From: Isosphaeraceae bacterium
GTDB lineage: Bacteria > Planctomycetota > Planctomycetia > Isosphaerales > Isosphaeraceae
Length of the DNA stretch: 64,000 nt
Direction of reading: 5' to 3'
Assembly (NCBI GenBank): GCA_965201075.1
Contig: CBDAVP010000007.1
Span: 62,001 to 126,000, forward strand
Numbering within the stretch: the stretch's first letter is position 1; every line of letters starts with the position of its first letter. A program made the position numbers and the translations under genes. This document shows positions 40,516-52,524 of the stretch, piece after piece. The notes below the pieces were generated by a model that searched no databases, was not told where the DNA came from, and worked only from the letters and a program-made list of their open reading frames with translations.

Positions 40516-41478
40516 ATGACCGCGCAGGAGAATTCGAGCCCGAGCCCCGCTTCCCGGCGCTTTCCGGTTGCCGCCCATCTTCTGGCGTTGGTGGCGGCCG
40601 TCCTTTGCTGGCTGTTGCTGCTCTCGGGCGGCCAGGTAACGACCTATCGCGTGGGCATGGCGGTGCCCGACTGGCCGACGACCTTTGGCGCCAACATGTT
40701 TTTGTATAACATGTGGACGGCGGATTGGGGTTCGTACATCGAGCATCGCCATCGACTCTTCGGCGCGACGCTGGGGTTCGCGGCGATCGGCCTGGCGGCG
40801 GCTTGCCTGTTCGGCACCTCTCGTCGCTGGCTGAAGGTGGCGGGGTTGGGGGCGTTGGGGGCGGTGATCGTCCAGGGCTTGCTGGGCGGATATCGGGTCA
40901 AACTGGTCTCGACGGTCCTGGCGGCGGTCCACGGTTGCTCGGCCCAGGCGGTGTTTGGCTTCCTCGTGGCCCTTTGCGTCTGGACGGGCCGCGGCTGGGC
41001 CAATGGGGAGGGGACGACGCCGGACGTGGGCCATTTCCGCCGTCGAGCGCTGGTCACTCTGGTCATGATCTATGCCCAGATTGTGGTCGGCGCGGTCTTG
41101 CGACACTACGGCGAGGGGTTGTCGGCGCATGCCCTGCTGGCCGTGGCGGTCTGGGCTCACGCTCTGGCGTTGTCGATCCGCATCGAGCGGCGACGCGACG
41201 AGGTGCCGAGCCTGGTGTCGGCGTCGAGAGCAATGGCGGTCCTGGTGACGTTGCAGATCGCGCTGGGTATCGCCGCCTGGTGGCTCCTGAGGCCCTTCGA
41301 TGGGGTGACGCGGCCGGTTTCGGTTGTCTCGGCGAACATCCGCACGGGACATCTGGCGAACGGGTCGTTGCTGCTGGCCTCGGCGGTGGTTTTGACCTTG
41401 CGGGCGTATCGGTCGCTTTCCCCGGTCGCGGCCACTGTCAGCCCCACGCCATCGCCCCGTTTGGAGGTGGTGGCATGA
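40516..41478 (+). CDS. ctaA: Heme A synthase (COX15/CtaA)
   Basis: GGQVTT..GMAVPDWP, IEHRHRLFG, VQGLLGGYRV, conserved His in AVHG, SAHA and TGHL. Confidence 0.9.
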   Translation: MTAQENSSPSPASRRFPVAAHLLALVAAVLCWLLLLSGGQVTTYRVGMAVPDWPTTFGANMFLYNMWTADWGSYIEHRHRLFGATLGFAAIGLAAACLFGTSRRWLKVAGLGALGAVIVQGLLGGYRVKLVSTVLAAVHGCSAQAVFGFLVALCVWTGRGWANGEGTTPDVGHFRRRALVTLVMIYAQIVVGAVLRHYGEGLSAHALLAVAVWAHALALSIRIERRRDEVPSLVSASRAMAVLVTLQIALGIAAWWLLRPFDGVTRPVSVVSANIRTGHLANGSLLLASAVVLTLRAYRSLSPVAATVSPTPSPRLEVVA

Positions 41479-42443
41479 GTGGCCCCGCGATGGTGGACGC
41501 CGTGATCGTCCCAACGGCGACGACCAAGCCTCGACGCGCGGCCCTGGGCGATTACCTGGCGCTGACCAAGCCCCGGATCGCGTTGATGGTGCTGTTCACC
41601 GTCACGGTGGGGTACGTCGCCGGGGCGCGAACGGCGCCCGCGGTGATTCTTGGCGGTGGCTCGCCGCTTTCGAGGTGGGCCCACAATCCTCCCGGCCCTC
41701 TGGTACTGACGCTGCTGGGCGCCGGTTTGGTCGCCGCCGGGGCGAGTGTCTGGAATCAATATCTGGAACGCACTCGAGACGGCCGCATGAGACGCACGGC
41801 GGGGCGGCCTTTGCCCGATGGGCGGCTTTCTCCCGGAGAGGCGGCGGTTTTCGGCACGGCCCTGGCGGGGTTGGGAATCGCTCTGCTGGCCCTGGGCACC
41901 AATGCCGTCGCGGTGGCGGTCGCGGCGGCGACGTTCCACCTCTATGCCTTCGTCTACACGCCACTGAAGCCCTTGACGACCCTCAACACCGCCGTGGGCG
42001 CCATCCCGGGAGCCCTGCCGCCGGTCATCGGCTGGGCGGCGGCCACGGGGGGGCTCGAGGTTGGCGCTTGGGCTTTGTTCCTGATCGTCTTCCTCTGGCA
42101 GTTCCCCCACTTCCTGGCGATCGCCTGGATTTACCGAGACGACTACGCCCGGGGCGGCCACCGGATGCTTCCCATCGTCGACCCGGCCGGAACCTTGACC
42201 GGGAGGCAGGCCACCGGTTATGCCCTGGCTCTGGTCCCGGCGGGACTGCTGCCGACGGTGGTGGGGATGGCGGGCCCCTGGTACTTCGGCGTCGCGACGG
42301 TTCTCGGGGTCTACTACCTGGTGCGATCGCTCCGGTTCTGGGCCGAGCGGACCGACGCCAACGCCCGTCGGTTGATGATGGCATCGTTTCTTTACCTTCC
42401 GCTCATCCTGGCGATGCTGCTGGCCAACCCCGCGACCCCCTGA
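41475..42443 (+). CDS. ctaB: Protoheme IX farnesyltransferase (heme O synthase)
   Basis: LTKPRI, NQYLERTRDGRMRRTAGRPLPDG, YTPLK, GAIPGALPPVIGW, WQFPHF. Confidence 0.97.
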   Translation: MSGPAMVDAVIVPTATTKPRRAALGDYLALTKPRIALMVLFTVTVGYVAGARTAPAVILGGGSPLSRWAHNPPGPLVLTLLGAGLVAAGASVWNQYLERTRDGRMRRTAGRPLPDGRLSPGEAAVFGTALAGLGIALLALGTNAVAVAVAAATFHLYAFVYTPLKPLTTLNTAVGAIPGALPPVIGWAAATGGLEVGAWALFLIVFLWQFPHFLAIAWIYRDDYARGGHRMLPIVDPAGTLTGRQATGYALALVPAGLLPTVVGMAGPWYFGVATVLGVYYLVRSLRFWAERTDANARRLMMASFLYLPLILAMLLANPATP

Positions 42444-42471
42444 TCGCCCGACCAAGAGACCCCGACCCGCG

Positions 42472-43425
<954 letters not shown>

Positions 43426-43462
43426 TCGGATCTGCTCGGAACGGGACGGCAAGCAGGGAGAC

Positions 43463-43846
43463 GTGTCGGCGATGACCGAAGCGCATCGGACTTATGACCA
43501 GCAGCAGGGGGTGGAATCGCACGCCCCTTACGGCAAGGTTTTCCTGGCCTTGCTGGCGTTCACGGTGCTGGAGTACCTGTTCGCCCGGATCTTCAAGGAC
43601 TCGTTCGGAGTCCTCGTCTCGGGCCTTCTGACGCTGGCGGTCGTCAAGGCGGGGCTGGTCGGCTGGTATTTCATGCACCTGAAGTTCGAGGGACGTTGGG
43701 TCTTCCTAATGCTGATCCCGGCGGGGTTCCTTGCGATGGTGCTGGTCCTGGCGCTCTACCCCGATATTGGAATCCGCGAGGATGATCCTTCCAACGCCGC
43801 CCCTGCCGTGACGATAGAGCCGATTCGTCCCGCCCCGGCGACCTAA
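43463..43846 (+). CDS. ctaF: Cytochrome c oxidase subunit IV (prokaryotic)
   Basis: Three TM helices, LLAFTVLEY, KAGLVGWYFMHLKFE. Confidence 0.88.
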   Translation: MSAMTEAHRTYDQQQGVESHAPYGKVFLALLAFTVLEYLFARIFKDSFGVLVSGLLTLAVVKAGLVGWYFMHLKFEGRWVFLMLIPAGFLAMVLVLALYPDIGIREDDPSNAAPAVTIEPIRPAPAT

Positions 43847-43873
43847 AAGGTTTCGGCAACACTTACAGGCAGG

Positions 43874-44935
43874 ATGGTCGTTTTGCTGACTTCGTATCGC
43901 CTCGGCGTGGCCACCATCTCCATTTCCCTGGCCTTGGGAGCCGGCGTCGCGACGACCCGGATGGTTCCCCCGGCCCCTCGGCCGGCCGGTGAAGCCCTGG
44001 GTTTGGGAGCGTTCCCTCTCGGATCGTTCCGCCTGACTCGCGAAACGGGGAAGCCCGTGACCGACGCCGACCTCGCCGGCAAGGTATGGATCGCCGCGTT
44101 CACTTTTACCCGCTGCCCGTCGTCATGCCCGCGCATCAACGGGTACATGCAGGAATTTCAGAAACGCCTCGTCAGGACCGGCGTGGCCCTGGTGGACCTG
44201 AGCGTTGATCCCGAGCACGACACGCCCGAAGTCCTGGCACGGTACGCCGCCAAATTCAGCGCCGACCCGAACCGTTGGTGGTTCCTGACTGGCCCGGCGG
44301 CGGATGTCACCCGGTTGATTCTGGATCGATTCAAGCTGCATGTCTCGGTCCCATCGACCGAAGAGCGTCAGGCCGACCCGACCCTGGAAGCCGTGATGCA
44401 CGCCACCCGCTTGGCCCTGGTGGATCGGGGTAACAGGGTGATCGGTTACTTTGACGCCGACGACCCCGAAGCCCGAGAGCAACTCCTCTTGAGAGCCCGT
44501 CAGCGCGATTCGGCGGTCCTGCCCGCCATCAACGCGACTCTCAATGGGATGTGCGCGGTTCTGCTGGTGGTGGGGTGGATCCTGATTCGGAAGGGTTTGT
44601 GGAAGGGGCATGCGGCCTGCATGATCCTGGGAGTCGTGGACTCGGCCCTGTTCCTGTCCTGCTACCTGCTCTACCATTTCCGGGTCGGCAGCATCCCGTT
44701 CCGCGGGGTCGGACCGTCGCGTTTCCTTTATTTGACGATCTTGCTGTCGCACACCCTGCTCGCCGTGTCGATGCTGCCGTTGATCGTGATGACGCTCTAC
44801 CGGGCCGCACGGGGCGACTACATCCGTCACGCCCGGATCGCGCGGATCACGTTCCCGATCTGGCTCTATGTGTCAATCACCGGCGTGGTGATTTACCTGA
44901 TGCTGTACCGGCTGCCGGTGGGGGGATGGGGATGA
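43874..44935 (+). CDS. SCO copper chaperone fused to a DUF420 membrane domain
   Basis: FTFTRCPSSCP (CxxxC), SVDPEHDTP, distal His (MHATR); then LPAINATLN..FLSCYLLYH..HARIARITFPIWLYVSITGVVIY. Confidence 0.88.
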   Translation: MVVLLTSYRLGVATISISLALGAGVATTRMVPPAPRPAGEALGLGAFPLGSFRLTRETGKPVTDADLAGKVWIAAFTFTRCPSSCPRINGYMQEFQKRLVRTGVALVDLSVDPEHDTPEVLARYAAKFSADPNRWWFLTGPAADVTRLILDRFKLHVSVPSTEERQADPTLEAVMHATRLALVDRGNRVIGYFDADDPEAREQLLLRARQRDSAVLPAINATLNGMCAVLLVVGWILIRKGLWKGHAACMILGVVDSALFLSCYLLYHFRVGSIPFRGVGPSRFLYLTILLSHTLLAVSMLPLIVMTLYRAARGDYIRHARIARITFPIWLYVSITGVVIYLMLYRLPVGGWG

Positions 44936-45201
44936 GAAACCGAGACCGCCGAAGGACGAGTTTTCTCAGGGCGTCAATGGGACTGGTCGTGGCCGGAGCA
45001 TTGGCATTCGCGCCGACGGCCGCGGCCTGCCCCGGTTGCAAGGAGGCCGTCGCGTCGCAGGCTCCGGGAGATGGGCCGGGGCTGGTCGAGGGCTATTTCT
45101 GGAGCATCCTGATCATGATGGGGATGCCGTTCGCCCTGCTGGGAACGGGCGCCGTCTTCGTCACCCGGGCGGTCCGCCGGGGCGCCATCCCTCAGCTTTG
45201 A
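44932..45201 (+). CDS. Small CxxC membrane protein at the end of the oxidase operon
   Basis: ATGA overlap with the upstream stop; signal peptide, ACPGCKEAV, C-terminal TM GYFWSILIMMGMP. Confidence 0.7.
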   Translation: MRNRDRRRTSFLRASMGLVVAGALAFAPTAAACPGCKEAVASQAPGDGPGLVEGYFWSILIMMGMPFALLGTGAVFVTRAVRRGAIPQL

Positions 45202-46322
45202 TCGGGCGGAATGACGGATCCAATCGACCCGAGCGGCTGCTGACAGGTCAGGCAGTGCAAGGTGCCCAGGCCCCAGACAAGGTCGACGGCATGGAGACCG
45301 ACCACGGTTCGGTCGGGGAAGAGTTCGGCCAGGATCGCCAGGGCCTCGCGATCGGCTGGGTCGTTGAAGGTGGGGACCAGGACCAGGCCATTGGCGATGT
45401 AGAAATTGGCGTAGCTGGCCGGCAAGCGTTGGCCTTCAAAAACGACCGGGCCGGGCATCGGTAGGCCGACCACTCGCAGAGGTTGGCCGTCCTGGTCGTG
45501 GGCGGATTGGAGCCGTTCCCAGTTGTCCCTCAGGGGCTCGTGGTTGGCGTCGGCGGGGTCGTCCTCGACACAGACGACCACAGTGTTGGGATCGACGAAG
45601 CGGGCCAGGTCGTCGACGTGACCGTGGGTGTCGTCACCGGCGATCCCCCGGCCCAGCCAGACGACGTGACGGGTGCCCAGCGACTCGTCCAGGACCGCCT
45701 CGACCTCCTCGCGGAGCAAGCCTGGGTTGCGGGCCTGGACTTCGTGGAGCAGGCATTCCTCGGTCGTCAGGACTGTCCCCCGGCCGTTGACATCGATCGC
45801 CCCGCCTTCCAGCACGACCCGCGCCGGTTTGCCGTGCACCGAAGCCCTCGGGACCCAGCGACGGATGCCCAGGTGTTCAGCCAGGCGACGGGCGACGCGG
45901 TTGTCCCATCGGTGGTTCTCATACTTGGCCCAGGCGTTGAACTTCCAGTCGACCGCGCCAACCTCGCCGGGGTTGTCTCCCACCACGAACGACGGCCCGG
46001 TGTCCCGCAGCCACGACCGATCAGTGCGGCAGCGGACGAACTGGACCCGGCCGTCGCTCAGGTCCACGCCGGCCGTCCTCAACCGACGAGCCGCTCGTTC
46101 CTCGGCGCCTTTCCCTTTCACCAGAACGCGGACCGGCTCGGCCCCGGACAGGAGACGGACGATCTCGGTGTAAACCCAGGGGATTGGCGCAAACTTGCCG
46201 GGCCAGTCCTCGCGGTTCTCGGGCCAGGCAATCCAGGTCGCCGCGTGCGTCTCCCACTCGGCGGGCATCCGGTAGCCGAGGGACGTGGGGGTGTCGGTCG
46301 AGGGTATTTCGGCGGAGGTCAT
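45192..46322 (-). CDS. aguA: Agmatine deiminase
   Basis: YRMPAEWE, WLRDTGP, EGGAIDVNG, DDTHGHVD, ASYANFY, GTLHCLTCQQP. Confidence 0.95.
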   Translation of the reverse strand: MTSAEIPSTDTPTSLGYRMPAEWETHAATWIAWPENREDWPGKFAPIPWVYTEIVRLLSGAEPVRVLVKGKGAEERAARRLRTAGVDLSDGRVQFVRCRTDRSWLRDTGPSFVVGDNPGEVGAVDWKFNAWAKYENHRWDNRVARRLAEHLGIRRWVPRASVHGKPARVVLEGGAIDVNGRGTVLTTEECLLHEVQARNPGLLREEVEAVLDESLGTRHVVWLGRGIAGDDTHGHVDDLARFVDPNTVVVCVEDDPADANHEPLRDNWERLQSAHDQDGQPLRVVGLPMPGPVVFEGQRLPASYANFYIANGLVLVPTFNDPADREALAILAELFPDRTVVGLHAVDLVWGLGTLHCLTCQQPLGSIGSVIPPDQS

Positions 46323-47236
46323 GAGTGCGTCGGCTCGGGGGGGGCATCGAGAAACCGGCGGGTTATCGGAGCATAGGCGTCGATTCGCCGGTCTCGAAGA
46401 AAGGGCCAGTGGCGGCGGGTCGTCTCGGAGAGTTTGGGGTCGCACTCGACGATCAGTACTTCTTCTCGGTCGCGAGACGCCTCGGCGACAACCCTTCCGA
46501 ACGGGTCGGCCACGAACGAGCCGCCCCAGAACTCGATGCCGCCGTCGGCCGGCCCCTCGTGGCCAATCCGGTTCACGGCGGCGACATACAAACCGTTGGC
46601 GATCGCGTGGGAGCGCTGCATGGTCTTCCAGGCGTCGGCCTGGGCATCTCCATATTCCGCCTTCTCGGCCGGGTGCCAGCCGATCGCCGTCGGATAGCAC
46701 AGCACCTCGGCCCCCCGCAAGGCGGTCAGGCGAGCGGCCTCGGGATACCATTGGTCCCAGCAGATCAGCGTCCCGACCGATCCCTGGCTGGTGGCGAACG
46801 CCTGGAAGCCGAGGTCTCCGGGGGTGAAGTAGTACTTCTCGTAGTAAAGCGGGTCGTCGGGGATGTGCATCTTCCGATAGATCCCACAAGTCGAGCCGTC
46901 CGCGTCGAGGACGACCGCCGTGTTGTGGTAAATCCCCGCCGCCCTCCTCTCGAACAACGAACCGACGACCACGATCGCCAATTCCCTCGCCAGTTCGGCC
47001 AGCGCGCGGCTGCTGGGACCGGGGATCGGCTCGGCCAGGTCAAACGTCGACGGGTCCTCGGTCTGGCAGAAATACTGGGTGCGGAACAGTTCGGGCAGGC
47101 AGGCGACCGTCGCGCCCCGGGCCGCGGCTTCTCGCAGGGCGTCGCAGGCGCGTTGGAGATTGTCCGCGGGGTCGGTCGAGCAGCGCATCTGGACCAGGCC
47201 GAGGATCATCGGCTCGCCGAGTCGTTTCGGATTCAT
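46319..47236 (-). CDS. aguB: N-carbamoylputrescine amidase (carbon-nitrogen hydrolase)
   Basis: LPELF, YRKMHIPDDPLYYEKYYFTPGD, ICWDQWYPE, YPTAIG; overlaps the aguA start. Confidence 0.92.
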   Translation of the reverse strand: MNPKRLGEPMILGLVQMRCSTDPADNLQRACDALREAAARGATVACLPELFRTQYFCQTEDPSTFDLAEPIPGPSSRALAELARELAIVVVGSLFERRAAGIYHNTAVVLDADGSTCGIYRKMHIPDDPLYYEKYYFTPGDLGFQAFATSQGSVGTLICWDQWYPEAARLTALRGAEVLCYPTAIGWHPAEKAEYGDAQADAWKTMQRSHAIANGLYVAAVNRIGHEGPADGGIEFWGGSFVADPFGRVVAEASRDREEVLIVECDPKLSETTRRHWPFLRDRRIDAYAPITRRFLDAPPEPTHS

Positions 47237-47328
47237 CGGACGGGGGTCTCGCCTGGGACGGAGTCTCCGGGAGGTTCGTCCCCCATTCTAACGGGGCGAG
47301 CCGAAGCGGAGGAGGCGAGGTCACGTGG

Positions 47329-48774
47329 TCATGGTTCGCCGACCCAGGCCCTCACGTGCCGCAAAGCCGAGGCCCTGGTGGCGTGGGGAACCACTTCCCA
47401 GTTCGGCATTCCCCCATGAGGCGAATACCGGGCCTCCAGCCAGTGGCGGACCTCCGTTGGCGACTGGCTCACTAGCGTCGCCCGCAACGGGAGCCCCTCG
47501 GGCATCGCCTGCTCGAAGGCCACGGCGTAAAAGGGCAGAATTTCCGGCTCAGGCAGATGTCCCAGGTAGTTCGCGACCTTGCGGTCCAGGTCGCGGCCAA
47601 ACGCGGCGCGGAAGTCGGCCAGTTGCTGGTCGGCCGTCCGTCGCTCCAGGGGCCGCAGTTGGCCCAGGACGCGGAGGTAGTCCACGAACGCCTCGGGACG
47701 TGCCGTGGCCAGGTAGTGCGTCAGGGCCCAGGATCGGGCGTAGTCGGTCGGGCTCAACTCGGGACGGTTGACCAGCGACTCGACCCCTGTCCCGCGCCTA
47801 GGCCCCGTCGGCACAAGCGAGAGGGGGTCGGACAGGGCGCGGAAGGTCGCCATGTGGAACGGGTTGACCTTGCCGAAACTCGCCCAATCGCCTCCGGCGC
47901 GAGTCGTCGTCGGGGCGCAGTATTCGGCCAGCCCTTCGGTCAACCACGCCGGCCAGGCCGCCAGTCGAGGTTGGACGCCGATGTTCTGGAGGATCTGATG
48001 AGTCCCCTCGTGGGCGACCGTCTGCGGACGACGCATCGCCGCCAGGTCGGGGGCGTTTCGATCCCGCCCCGAATCTTCATGGAAGAAGATCCGGTTCGAC
48101 GGAACATGGTAGTAGGCCCGGACCTCGGGGGAGACGCCGTGGCGGGCGCGGAAGTCGCGTTCGGTGGGGTCGATCACCGCGACCAGGGGGAATTCGGCGT
48201 CGTGGACCGGCACCCCGGCGCGGGCCAATGCCACCATCAGCCCCCGATAGAGGCTCTCCAGAAGCTGGGCGCTGGAGTCTCCAAATTCCCGGGACCCCCG
48301 CGAAAAGACGAGGTAGTGGTCGGTCGGGTGGACGGTGTAGCCGCGAAACTCGCCGGACAGCAACCGGGTTTGAAGGGCGTCGGCCGAGTCGGCCACGAAC
48401 GGCCGGTCGGTGGGGACCACGCCGTCGGGCCAGCCCAGACGGCCGTCGGGAAGCAGGGCAACCACGTCCTGGCCCCGCTCTCCGAGGACTCGGGCCACCA
48501 TGACCCGGCCGTCGGCGTCCCCCACGATGATCCGCCGGGTCTCGGCCTGCGTCCGATCCGCGCCGCGAGTCGCCTCGGGAGGCGGAGTCGCGAGGTTCGC
48601 GCCCTCGGGCACTCGCCGGGAGGCGAAGTTCACCCGTCCCTGGGCTGGCGGCTGAGCCTGGCCGAGGCCGGGAACCGTCGTCGAGGCGGCCAGGATCGCC
48701 AACAGCCCCACGACCCACGCCCGAGGGCGATTTCGGGCGTCTGGCCCGCCCCCCACCATTGCCCTCGGTCTCAT
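47329..48774 (-). CDS. DUF1570-like gluzincin metallopeptidase-domain protein (second copy)
   Basis: Signal peptide, AHEGTHQIL, WLTEGLAEY, YARSWALTHYL. Confidence 0.75.
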   Translation of the reverse strand: MRPRAMVGGGPDARNRPRAWVVGLLAILAASTTVPGLGQAQPPAQGRVNFASRRVPEGANLATPPPEATRGADRTQAETRRIIVGDADGRVMVARVLGERGQDVVALLPDGRLGWPDGVVPTDRPFVADSADALQTRLLSGEFRGYTVHPTDHYLVFSRGSREFGDSSAQLLESLYRGLMVALARAGVPVHDAEFPLVAVIDPTERDFRARHGVSPEVRAYYHVPSNRIFFHEDSGRDRNAPDLAAMRRPQTVAHEGTHQILQNIGVQPRLAAWPAWLTEGLAEYCAPTTTRAGGDWASFGKVNPFHMATFRALSDPLSLVPTGPRRGTGVESLVNRPELSPTDYARSWALTHYLATARPEAFVDYLRVLGQLRPLERRTADQQLADFRAAFGRDLDRKVANYLGHLPEPEILPFYAVAFEQAMPEGLPLRATLVSQSPTEVRHWLEARYSPHGGMPNWEVVPHATRASALRHVRAWVGEP

Positions 48775-48993
48775 GGCGACCCGCCCCCGGCCAGCCACCC
48801 TCGCCCGGTTCCGTCGCGAGGCAAGCGTCTCCCAACCTAGCCGAGCCAGTCCGTCTTGGGAAGGGTTCCGGCGCGGCCAGAGGAACGGGTCCGCCCTTTC
48901 CCGACGGGGGCGACTTCGGGTCTACTAGACGGGTCCGACCGTTTCGCCCAAATCCTCAGACCCCCGCCTCACTTCCCGGAGCACGCGGTCACG

Positions 48994-50667
<1,674 letters not shown>

Positions 50668-50701
50668 TCCCGCCTCACCAGTGGCGGTCAGGAGACTCCC
50701 G

Positions 50702-51118
50702 ATGGAACACGGCGAGACGCCGCTGACCGCCGAACGGAGGGCTCGCCTGGCGTCGAAAGGGCGACTTCTCTATTCCAAATTCTGCGGGACCGGAGGGCGG
50801 GGCGTCTGCGCCGAGAGCTTCGCCCTGTATCACATCTGGAGGGGCGAGCCCATCGTGGCCGAAGACCTCCTCGCCTTCCTGGATGAACGAATCGAGGGCC
50901 TCCGCGTCGACGACCCCAACGGCCGACTCGAGCTGACCCGCGCCCTCCGAGACCGGCTCCGTCTGCGTCTGCTCGACGAGTCCACCGACGAGCAAAACGC
51001 CAACGCCCCGCGTGAGCCCCTTGACCGTCGAGGCCTGGTCGGACCGATCGGGATAATGGTGAAGGGGTCAACCGGATCCACGACCGACCAAGAAAAACGG
51101 CCCGGACCGATCGGTTGA
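50702..51118 (+). CDS. Hypothetical protein
   Basis: RBS GGAG plus ATG, GC3-rich codons; no family recognised. Confidence 0.55.
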   Translation: MEHGETPLTAERRARLASKGRLLYSKFCGTGGRGVCAESFALYHIWRGEPIVAEDLLAFLDERIEGLRVDDPNGRLELTRALRDRLRLRLLDESTDEQNANAPREPLDRRGLVGPIGIMVKGSTGSTTDQEKRPGPIG

Positions 51119-51157
51119 GATCGGGCCGGGCCGTTGATGACGGTCGCGAACCTGGGA

Positions 51158-52276
51158 TCAAGCCATCCGACGACGACGATGGGCGATCAGGCCGAGACCC
51201 AGGCCGCCGCAACCCAGCAGGGCGAGCGAGGCCGGTTCGGGGACCGCGGCCGGACGAATCGGCCCGTCGAACAGCACCGAGGGGCCCGAGGTCCCGCCCC
51301 CGGGGTAGATGTGGGTCTCACCTCCTCCGGACAGCGAAGCCGCGATCAAGTTGCCATTGAGCTGACCACTGTTGAAGTTGACGTGGGCCAGCGGGGCGAG
51401 GATCGACCCGAAGACCCCGATCCCCTGGAGATTGATGTCGCCGGTTTGATTGACGAAGTTCAGCAAGACATGGTTCGCCGTCAGACCGCCCGACAGACTG
51501 AAGCCGCCGCTGAAGTTGATTGGCGTCGAGCCACCCAGGATATTCACCACCAGGGTATCCTGCGCCGAACCGCTGAAGTTGTAAGTGTTGTTCCCCGAGA
51601 AATTCCCCGCCGTCACGTTGATGTAGCTGGTCGTCGGCGTCGAGGACGTCGACCCCACGAAGTTGATCGTGCCGTACTGCGGCGCGGCGGCGTAGGGGTC
51701 GCTCGCCGAGAACTGCGAGGTCGACAGATTCTTCAGATACGCTCCCTCGGCCGCGAAGCTGAACGGCAAGGGAGTCGCGACATGAGTGACGCTTCCCATC
51801 ACCGAGGCGTTGGGGTTCGTATAAGACGTCCCGTAGTGGACGTTAGCGTTGATCTGGCCGTAGCCGACGAAGTTGACCGAGTCGGCCGCGAAGACATTGT
51901 TCGCCGTGGTACCCACCACCGAGGGGTTCGAGAATGTTGCGGTCTGGCCGACGATCGTGCTGCCCTGAATCGTCGCGCCGGTCATGTTCAGGTTGCCACC
52001 CACAACCAGGTTGGTGGGGCTGGCGGTGGTCTGCGGTTGCTGGCTGGCCACGCTGAAGTAGGTGAAGGTCGCATTGCCACCGACGGCCACCCGTCCTTGA
52101 CTGTCAGCGCTCCTCGTCGAGTCGCCCAGGATGAATTCATTGTAAGACCCGGCCACACCCAACCCCTGCTCGGTCGGGGACGGCGTGACCGGCACCGCGG
52201 CCGCTTCGTTCACCAGGAAGGCCATCGCCGCCGCGAGGGCAACCACGCCCGAGAAAATCCTGCGCATGAATCCCAT
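51158..52276 (-). CDS. Choice-of-anchor A (ice-binding-like beta-solenoid) PEP-CTERM protein
   Basis: Signal peptide; YNEFILGD..DSQGRVAVGGN, LVVGGNL, VLLNF, GSILAPLA..NSGQLNGNLIA, ETH; C-terminus VPEPASLALLGCGGLGLGLIAHRRRR. Confidence 0.88.
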   Translation of the reverse strand: MGFMRRIFSGVVALAAAMAFLVNEAAAVPVTPSPTEQGLGVAGSYNEFILGDSTRSADSQGRVAVGGNATFTYFSVASQQPQTTASPTNLVVGGNLNMTGATIQGSTIVGQTATFSNPSVVGTTANNVFAADSVNFVGYGQINANVHYGTSYTNPNASVMGSVTHVATPLPFSFAAEGAYLKNLSTSQFSASDPYAAAPQYGTINFVGSTSSTPTTSYINVTAGNFSGNNTYNFSGSAQDTLVVNILGGSTPINFSGGFSLSGGLTANHVLLNFVNQTGDINLQGIGVFGSILAPLAHVNFNSGQLNGNLIAASLSGGGETHIYPGGGTSGPSVLFDGPIRPAAVPEPASLALLGCGGLGLGLIAHRRRRMA

Positions 52277-52524
52277 TCTCCAGTGAAGTTCCCGTCACGT
52301 GATGCCTCTTCCAAACCGCTCTCAGGATCACGGTACATCTCATACGCGGAAGCACCCGAGAGTGACACTCAACACGAACCATTTCGTCACAAAATTCAAC
52401 CAAGGTGGGGATCAAAGGCAGGACCGACGTGCGTCCTTTGAAACGTGAGGGACCAGTCGGCCGGATCGCGACCGATTTCGAACGATTCCGAGTCACGCGG
52501 GCCCGGGAAGCCCGTTGGTTGGAA

